Shown here: positions 58,947 through 64,000 of the stretch, in pieces
Position numbering within the stretch: the first letter of the stretch is position 1
How the letters are laid out: every line of letters begins with the position of its first letter
Source of the DNA: Stellaceae bacterium
GTDB lineage: Bacteria > Pseudomonadota > Alphaproteobacteria > ATCC43930 > CGMCC-115725
Length of the DNA: 64,000 nucleotides
Assembly: GCA_035504075.1 (NCBI GenBank)
Contig: DATJSO010000022.1
Location: forward strand, 697 to 64,696
Direction: 5' to 3'
The notes under the pieces: generated by a model
What the model was told of the DNA's origin: nothing
The model's database searches: none
What the model saw: the letters and a program-made list of their open reading frames with translations, nothing else
Program-made: the position numbers and the translations under genes

Positions 58947-59426
58947 ATGAGCGAGGAGCACGATCGCGGCGCGGTCGATTGGAAAACGCGGGGTGTCAAG
59001 GTCATCCCAGGCGATCAGCTCGACACCAACACGCCGCAGACCCCCGGCATGAACCGCGCGGCGGCGATCAACTTCGCCCGCGTCGGCGCGCGAAAGCTGT
59101 GGGCCGGCACGGTGCATATCCATCCTGACGCCAAAACCGGCGCGCATCACCACGGCGGGCTTGAAAGCGTCATCTATGTGCTGAAAGGGCGGGCGCGGAT
59201 GCGCTGGGGCGACCATCTGGAATTTGTCGCCGAAGCAGGCCCGGGCGATTTCATCTTTGTGCCGCCTTATGTGCCGCACCAGGAGATCAATGCCTCGACC
59301 AGCGAGACGCTGGAGTGCGTACTGGTGCGCAGTGACAACGAGGCGGTCGTCGTCAACCTCGACATCGAGCCGGTGGAAAAACCGGAAGCAGTGCGCTGGA
59401 TCGACCCGGTGCACCCGAACGGGTAG
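58947..59426 (+). CDS. Cupin-domain protein
   Basis: HIHPDAKTGAHHHGGLESVIYVLKG...GDFIFVPPYVPHQEIN is a two-motif cupin signature. ATG 58932 is an alternative start. Confidence 0.75.
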   Translation: MSEEHDRGAVDWKTRGVKVIPGDQLDTNTPQTPGMNRAAAINFARVGARKLWAGTVHIHPDAKTGAHHHGGLESVIYVLKGRARMRWGDHLEFVAEAGPGDFIFVPPYVPHQEINASTSETLECVLVRSDNEAVVVNLDIEPVEKPEAVRWIDPVHPNG

Positions 59427-59474
59427 AGCCGTGCTAGCATCGCGCCAATCGCAATCAGAACGGCGGAGGGCGCG

Positions 59475-60524
59475 ATGCGCGGAGTGGTGTTTCTCGGCGA
59501 ACGCCAGCTCGAATTGATGGATTTCCCCGATCCGACGCCAAGCGAGGGCGAAGTCGTCATCGAAATGAAGGCCTCAGGCATGTGCGGCAGCGACCTGCAC
59601 CAATACCGACGGCCAAAGGCGGGCGGGTCGAGCGGCGGCATACCGGCAAGCGCCGAGCCGGTCATCGCCGGCCACGAGCCGTGCGGCATCGTCGCGGCGA
59701 TCGGGCCGGGTGTGCCGGCGGCGCAGGCGCGGGTCGGCCAGCGAGTCATGGTGCACCACTACAAGGGCTGCACGGTGTGCAATCACTGCCGCTCCGGCTG
59801 GTCGCAGCTATGTCAGGAGCAGCCGGTACTGGTCTACGGCAACAACGCCCATGGCGGCCACGCCAAGTATCTGAAGGTGCCGGCCTTCACGCTAGTGCCG
59901 CTGCTTGACGAATTGTCGTTTGCGACCGGCGCGGCGATCGCGTGCGGCACCGGCACGGCTTATGGCGCGCTGCGCCGCATCCGCCTTTCCGGCAACGACA
60001 CGATCGCGGTCTTCGGCCAGGGGCCGGTCGGCCTGTCGGCGACGCAACTCGCGAGCGCGATGGGGGCGCGCGTCATTGCGCTTGACGTCAGCCCCGAGCG
60101 GCTCGAGCGCGCCAAGGAATTCGGCGCCGCCGAAACGGTCAACCCGCGCTCCAACGACCCCGTGGGCGCGATCAAGGATCTGACGCACGGCTACGGCGCC
60201 GAGTTCACGCTCGATACGTCGTCGCAGCCGGAGGGCCGCATTTCCGCCGTGCGCGCGACGAAGGTGTGGGGCACGACGTGCTTTGTCGGCGAGCGAAACC
60301 AGGTCACGATCGACGTCAGCCCCGACATGCTCAGGAAGCAGCTGACGATCGTCGCGTCGTGGACGTTTTCGCAAATGGGCCAAGCCGAATGCGCGCAGTT
60401 CGTCGCCGACCGCAAGATCGACGTTGAAAAGCTGTTCACCCACCGCTGGCGGCTCGATCAGGCGGATGAGGCCTACAAGCTGTTCGACACGCAGACGACC
60501 GGCAAAGGCGTCTTTTTGCTGTGA
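59475..60524 (+). CDS. Zinc-binding medium-chain alcohol dehydrogenase family oxidoreductase
   Basis: GMCGSDLH, GHEPCG, a structural-zinc Cys cluster CTVCNHCRSGWSQLC, and a GQGPVGL Rossmann motif. Confidence 0.88.
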   Translation: MRGVVFLGERQLELMDFPDPTPSEGEVVIEMKASGMCGSDLHQYRRPKAGGSSGGIPASAEPVIAGHEPCGIVAAIGPGVPAAQARVGQRVMVHHYKGCTVCNHCRSGWSQLCQEQPVLVYGNNAHGGHAKYLKVPAFTLVPLLDELSFATGAAIACGTGTAYGALRRIRLSGNDTIAVFGQGPVGLSATQLASAMGARVIALDVSPERLERAKEFGAAETVNPRSNDPVGAIKDLTHGYGAEFTLDTSSQPEGRISAVRATKVWGTTCFVGERNQVTIDVSPDMLRKQLTIVASWTFSQMGQAECAQFVADRKIDVEKLFTHRWRLDQADEAYKLFDTQTTGKGVFLL

Positions 60525-60558
60525 CGCCCCCGCCGCGCAGGCCCGGGCCAGGGCGCTG

Positions 60559-61515
60559 TCAATGCGCTCCGGGGCAGGGCTGGACCTCGATCGTCACGTG
60601 GCTGAGACCCGGTATGTCGGCGAGGCGAGCCTTGTAGAACGCGGGTGCTTCGGGTCGGTCGGACACCAGCGAGACAACGGCGGCATGGTGACCGGGACCG
60701 ACCCGCCACAGGTGCAGATCGGCAATGCGGTCGCCGTCATTCGCCTGCAGCCGCTCGGAAACCTGACCGGCGATCGCCTCGGGACGCATATCCAGCAACA
60801 CGCCGCCGGCGACGCGCAGCAGGTTGCATGACCAGTTCAGAATAACCAGCATGCCGACGATACCCATCGCCGGGTCGATCCACAGCCAATGCAGCGCCCA
60901 GGCCGCGCTGAGGCCAGCCAGCGCCAGCACGGAAACGGCGGCATCGGCCAGCACATGGACATAGGCGGCGCGCAGGTTGTGGTCGGCATCACGCTCATGG
61001 CGATGGCGATGATCGTGGTATTCGTGCTCATGCGGGTGGCGATGCCCGTGCGTTTCGTCTGGACCCTGCAGCAGCCGAGCGCTGACGAGATTGACCGCGA
61101 GGCCCAGCACCGCCAGCGGGATCGCCTCGCGGAAGGCGATCGGCACCGGATGCACGAGACGGCCGACGCTCTCCCAGCCGATCAAAAACCCGATCATCGC
61201 CAACACGATCGCGCTGGCGAACGCCGCGAGATCGCCCAGTTTGCCGGTGCCGAACGCGAAGCGCTCGTCGCGCGCGTGCCGCCGTGCATAGGCGTAGGCC
61301 GCGGCCGCGATGACCAGCGCGCCGGCGTGCGTCGACATATGCAGACCTTCGGCGACGAGCGCCATCGAACCCCACAGCCAACCGCCGACGATCTCGGCCG
61401 CCATCGTCGCCGCGCACAGCGCGACGACGAGCCAGCTGCGGCGCTCGTTGCGCTGGTGATGGGCGCCCAGGAAAATGTGCTCGTGGCGCCAGTCATCGAT
61501 TGACGACGCATGCAT
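60559..61515 (-). CDS. Cation diffusion facilitator (CDF) metal efflux transporter with His-rich loop (DmeF/CzcD-like)
   Basis: Six TM segments, His-rich loop HGHRHPHEHEYHDHRHRHERDADH, HVLADA motif and a C-terminal cytoplasmic domain. Confidence 0.88.
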   Translation of the reverse strand: MHASSIDDWRHEHIFLGAHHQRNERRSWLVVALCAATMAAEIVGGWLWGSMALVAEGLHMSTHAGALVIAAAAYAYARRHARDERFAFGTGKLGDLAAFASAIVLAMIGFLIGWESVGRLVHPVPIAFREAIPLAVLGLAVNLVSARLLQGPDETHGHRHPHEHEYHDHRHRHERDADHNLRAAYVHVLADAAVSVLALAGLSAAWALHWLWIDPAMGIVGMLVILNWSCNLLRVAGGVLLDMRPEAIAGQVSERLQANDGDRIADLHLWRVGPGHHAAVVSLVSDRPEAPAFYKARLADIPGLSHVTIEVQPCPGAH

Positions 61516-61549
61516 CGCGCTCTCCCGTCAATCTGAGACGCGGAAAGTT

Positions 61550-61575
61550 GCCACCAAATCGTCGCCACCAAATCG
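61550..61575. repeat. Tandem direct repeat GCCACCAAATCG x2 (14-nt period) 35-60 nt upstream of the CDF start codon
   Basis: Read directly: 61550-61561 and 61564-61575. Candidate regulator binding site; function unknown. Confidence 0.45.
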
Positions 61576-61588
61576 GCTGGCTGCGCGG

Positions 61589-62572
61589 TCAGGATCTGGG
61601 CAGGGCGAAATGCTGCCCGGGATAGATCAGGTCGGGGTTGCGGATCCGGTCGCGGTTGGCGTGATAGATTTCGGTAAAGCGCTGTCCGTTGCCATAAACC
61701 CGGCGGGCGATTCGCCACAGGCTGTTGCCCTGGACGACGACATAACTGCCGCCCGTCGGAGCGGCGCCGTCGGCGGGGGGCAGCAGCGACGCCGCGATCG
61801 CATGCCCGGCGCCGATGCCGGTGCCGATTTCGGCAAGGCGCAATGCAAGCGCACCGGCGGCAACGGGGCGTGCCGCGGTAAGCTGCCAATGCCCGGCGGC
61901 ATCGGCCGCGGCGACGCCCAGCAGGCGGTCGCCGGCGAAAACCTGCAGACGCGCACCGGGATCGGCGTGGCCCGACAGGACGAGCCTGTCGCCGTCGCCG
62001 TATTCGACGCTGTCGAGCGTCAAGCTTTGGCCGGATGGCGGCGGCGACTGCTGCAGAATGCGCGCCGGCGCGCCCGGCTTGCCCGGCAGCAGCACGGCCA
62101 GCGTCGTCGTGCCGCCGCCGGCAGACGGCGCCACGGTCAGCGCAACGATATCGGCCGAACGGCGCACCGGCCCGCCATCCGGCCGGACCGCAGCAAGCGC
62201 CAGCCGGCGGCTGCCCGGCGCGAGCGGCTTGTCGGGCAGCAATACCCACTCGCCCCGCGCGTCGGCGGTGACTTCGCCGATCGCCTTGCCGCCGTCGAGC
62301 ACACTCACACGGTCGCCAGGCATCGCGCGGCCGGCGATGACCGCCTGACCGTCCGGTGCGACCGAGACGATATCGAAGCTCGGCAGCAGCGGGGCCGGCG
62401 CTGTCGCCGTCGTCGCCTTTTGCACGGGTGCGGGCGCCTTCGGCGCCGCGGCGACGATCGCGGGTCGTTCGGGCATCGCGACGCGCCATCCGGTCGCCGC
62501 TGCAGCGATGATCAACACGGCAGCGGCGGCCGATGCAGTCCAGAAAATTGTGCGCAACGCCGTCTGCTCCAA
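61589..62572 (-). CDS. LysM peptidoglycan-binding domain protein (N-terminal TM anchor, repeated beta-rich middle, C-terminal LysM)
   Basis: C-terminal [49 protein letters not shown] is a LysM motif. The ORF-track start at 62572 is TTG; the true start is uncertain. Confidence 0.72.
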   Translation of the reverse strand: MEQTALRTIFWTASAAAAVLIIAAAATGWRVAMPERPAIVAAAPKAPAPVQKATTATAPAPLLPSFDIVSVAPDGQAVIAGRAMPGDRVSVLDGGKAIGEVTADARGEWVLLPDKPLAPGSRRLALAAVRPDGGPVRRSADIVALTVAPSAGGGTTTLAVLLPGKPGAPARILQQSPPPSGQSLTLDSVEYGDGDRLVLSGHADPGARLQVFAGDRLLGVAAADAAGHWQLTAARPVAAGALALRLAEIGTGIGAGHAIAASLLPPADGAAPTGGSYVVVQGNSLWRIARRVYGNGQRFTEIYHANRDRIRNPDLIYPGQHFALPRS

Positions 62573-62675
62573 AGGGTTCCGGGAGCGATTGCGACTTTAA
62601 GCCTGGCCGGCGGTGCTTGCAATTGCCCACCGTTCGGGAGAAGAGGAGGTTCCAGCGACGATCTCCGGCACGTGC

Positions 62676-63257
62676 ATGCAGCCGATCCGCCGCCTTTGCG
62701 TCTATTGCGGCTCCGCCGGCGCCGTCGATGAGCGTTACCGCGCCGCCGCGCGCGACCTGGGAGCCGCACTGGCGGCGGCCGGCATCGAACTGGTGTTCGG
62801 CGGCGGCCGCATCGGCCTGATGGGAATATTGGCGGACGCGGTGCTGGCGCGGGGCGGCCGGGTCATCGGCGTCATTCCGGCATTGCTGCGGGACGCGGAA
62901 CTGGCGCATGCGGGCGCAAGCGAACTCGTCATCGTTGCCAGCATGCATGAACGCAAACGGCAGATGGCCGAGCGCGCCGATGCCTTTGCGGTGTTGCCGG
63001 GTGGCATCGGCACTCTCGACGAGACGTTCGAGATCGTTACGTGGCGCCATCTTGGACTGCATAACAAGCCGGTCTTTGTCGTCGATGCGGCCGGCTACTG
63101 GCAGCCATTGATCGCACTGCTCGATCACCTTGTCGGCCGCGGGTTCGCGGCGCCGCTGATCCCGCGATTATTGACCGTTGTGCCCGACGTTCCAGCGCTG
63201 ATGACGGCGCTTGCAGCCGCCGGCGGCAGCGCGGCGGCGCGCTCGGACGCGCTGTGA
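62676..63257 (+). CDS. LOG-family (TIGR00730) nucleotide phosphoribohydrolase
   Basis: LCVYCGS, GGGRIGLMG, PGGIGTLDE; start at ATG 62676. Confidence 0.88.
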   Translation: MQPIRRLCVYCGSAGAVDERYRAAARDLGAALAAAGIELVFGGGRIGLMGILADAVLARGGRVIGVIPALLRDAELAHAGASELVIVASMHERKRQMAERADAFAVLPGGIGTLDETFEIVTWRHLGLHNKPVFVVDAAGYWQPLIALLDHLVGRGFAAPLIPRLLTVVPDVPALMTALAAAGGSAAARSDAL

Positions 63258-63289
63258 TCGGCGAGCGGACAACAACACCCTGAGGCGTC

Positions 63290-63303
63290 TTGATAATTAT
63301 CAA
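63290..63303. promoter_or_regulatory. Perfect FNR/FixK-type box TTGATAATTATCAA (TTGAT-N4-ATCAA) with no gene at normal distance
   Basis: Exact consensus. It lies 33 nt after the LOG stop and about 370 nt before the icd ATG. I saw no convincing -10 element at the class II distance on either strand, so function is uncertain. Confidence 0.45.
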
Positions 63304-63672
63304 CGAAACCACCGCTATCCACGACTCTGGTGGAAAAGGTGGTGGAAAACCCTCTCGCCGCTGACTGTTTGAGCGCAGATCGTCAGGGCGATCGAGAGAT
63401 TGCCTGATTTTTAGGCCAAATTTAAGGCATTGAAAAATATAGGATACTCACGCCGTCGTCGATCCACTCGGTAAATGCAGTGTAAACGGCCGATAACAAA
63501 GCGATCATTTTGTGCGCATCGCGCATCCTTTTGCCGGCTGCGTCCGGGCTGTACATAACCCCGTAGGAGGTCCCGGCTCTGCGGCACGCGCGAGCCTTGC
63601 CGTCCCGCGCCGCGGCCAGTATCGTCGCGCCCTCCCACAGCCGGGCGGCCGCGGCACGCAAGGATGACAGCG

Positions 63673-64000
63673 ATGGCGAAAATCAAGGTCAAAAACCCGA
63701 TTGTCGAACTCGACGGCGACGAGATGGCGCGGATCATGTGGAGCTTTATAAAGAACAAGCTGATCCTGCCCTATCTCGACATCGACCTGAAATATTACGA
63801 TCTCGGGATCGAGAAGCGCGACGAGACCGACGACAAGGTTACCGTCGAAGCGGCCGAGGCGATCAGGAAACACGGCGTCGGCGTCAAGTGTGCTGGCATC
63901 ACGCCCGACGAGGGGCGGGTCGAGGAATTTCACCTGAGACGCATGTATCGGTCGCCGAACGGCACGCTGCGCAACATCATCGGTGGCACGATCTTCCGCG
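63673..64000 (+). CDS. icd: NADP-dependent isocitrate dehydrogenase, N-terminal part (3' end outside window)
   Basis: [23 protein letters not shown]...[27 protein letters not shown]; open to the window edge. Confidence 0.93.
   Translation, partial: MAKIKVKNPIVELDGDEMARIMWSFIKNKLILPYLDIDLKYYDLGIEKRDETDDKVTVEAAEAIRKHGVGVKCAGITPDEGRVEEFHLRRMYRSPNGTLRNIIGGTIFR

Noticed and set aside
63339-63407. 22-codon plus-strand micro-ORF (GTG GTG GAA ... GCC TGA; VVENPLAADCLSADRQGDREIA) downstream of the orphan FNR box.
   Set aside because: It has a weak, non-canonical SD and no recognisable peptide features. It overlaps the predicted hairpin, so an RNA-level function seems at least as likely. It is mentioned only as an alternative under the finding.

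Overview
High-GC alphaproteobacterial chromosome segment, probably Hyphomicrobiales/Bradyrhizobiaceae-like. That placement is an inference from synteny (dusB-ntrB-ntrC-ntrY-ntrX-aminotransferase-HAD-hfq-hflX with convergent mazG; mltB-rlpA-dac-tmk-holB-metG-tatD) and from a REP-type palindromic repeat. The window is almost gap-free coding: about 62 CDS, one decayed gene, one tRNA (tRNA-Sec) and no rRNA. I saw no CRISPR array, IS element, integrase, phage genes or recognisable defence genes. Most of it is core housekeeping: glmM, thiD, tmk, holB, metG, trpS, murJ, dapB, pyrD, hfq/hflX, the ntr two-component genes and icd. Two patches look accessory. The first (8-17.5 kb) holds aromatic-catabolism fragments, arsR-arsM-arsC(remnant)-acr3, an orphan ku, a CMD/amidohydrolase pair, and a GST paired with a dehydroquinase-fold protein whose catalytic motifs are replaced. 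The second (55-61.5 kb) holds selC, an orphan gmd, a pseudo-receiver, an MsrQ-like protein without MsrP, a cupin/ADH pair and a CDF transporter. I did not find a convincing self-contained novel system. The best leads are: (1) two perfect FNR/FixK boxes (TTGAT-N4-ATCAA), one well placed upstream of a CBS-BON gene and one orphaned in the long AT-rich LOG-icd intergenic region next to a structured segment; (2) the degenerate type II dehydroquinase-like protein paired with a GST; (3) a LapD/MoxY-type sensor kinase plus NarL-type regulator, divergent from a full TonB-dependent receptor/ExbB/ExbD/TonB module, with direct repeats in the shared promoter region; (4) an MsrQ-like haem membrane protein whose usual MsrP partner is replaced by a small secreted protein; (5) an ars block with a frameshifted, internally deleted arsC that abuts an apparently truncated Rieske dioxygenase operon. 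All homology calls come from reading the translated ORFs and from remembered family motifs; no searches were run.
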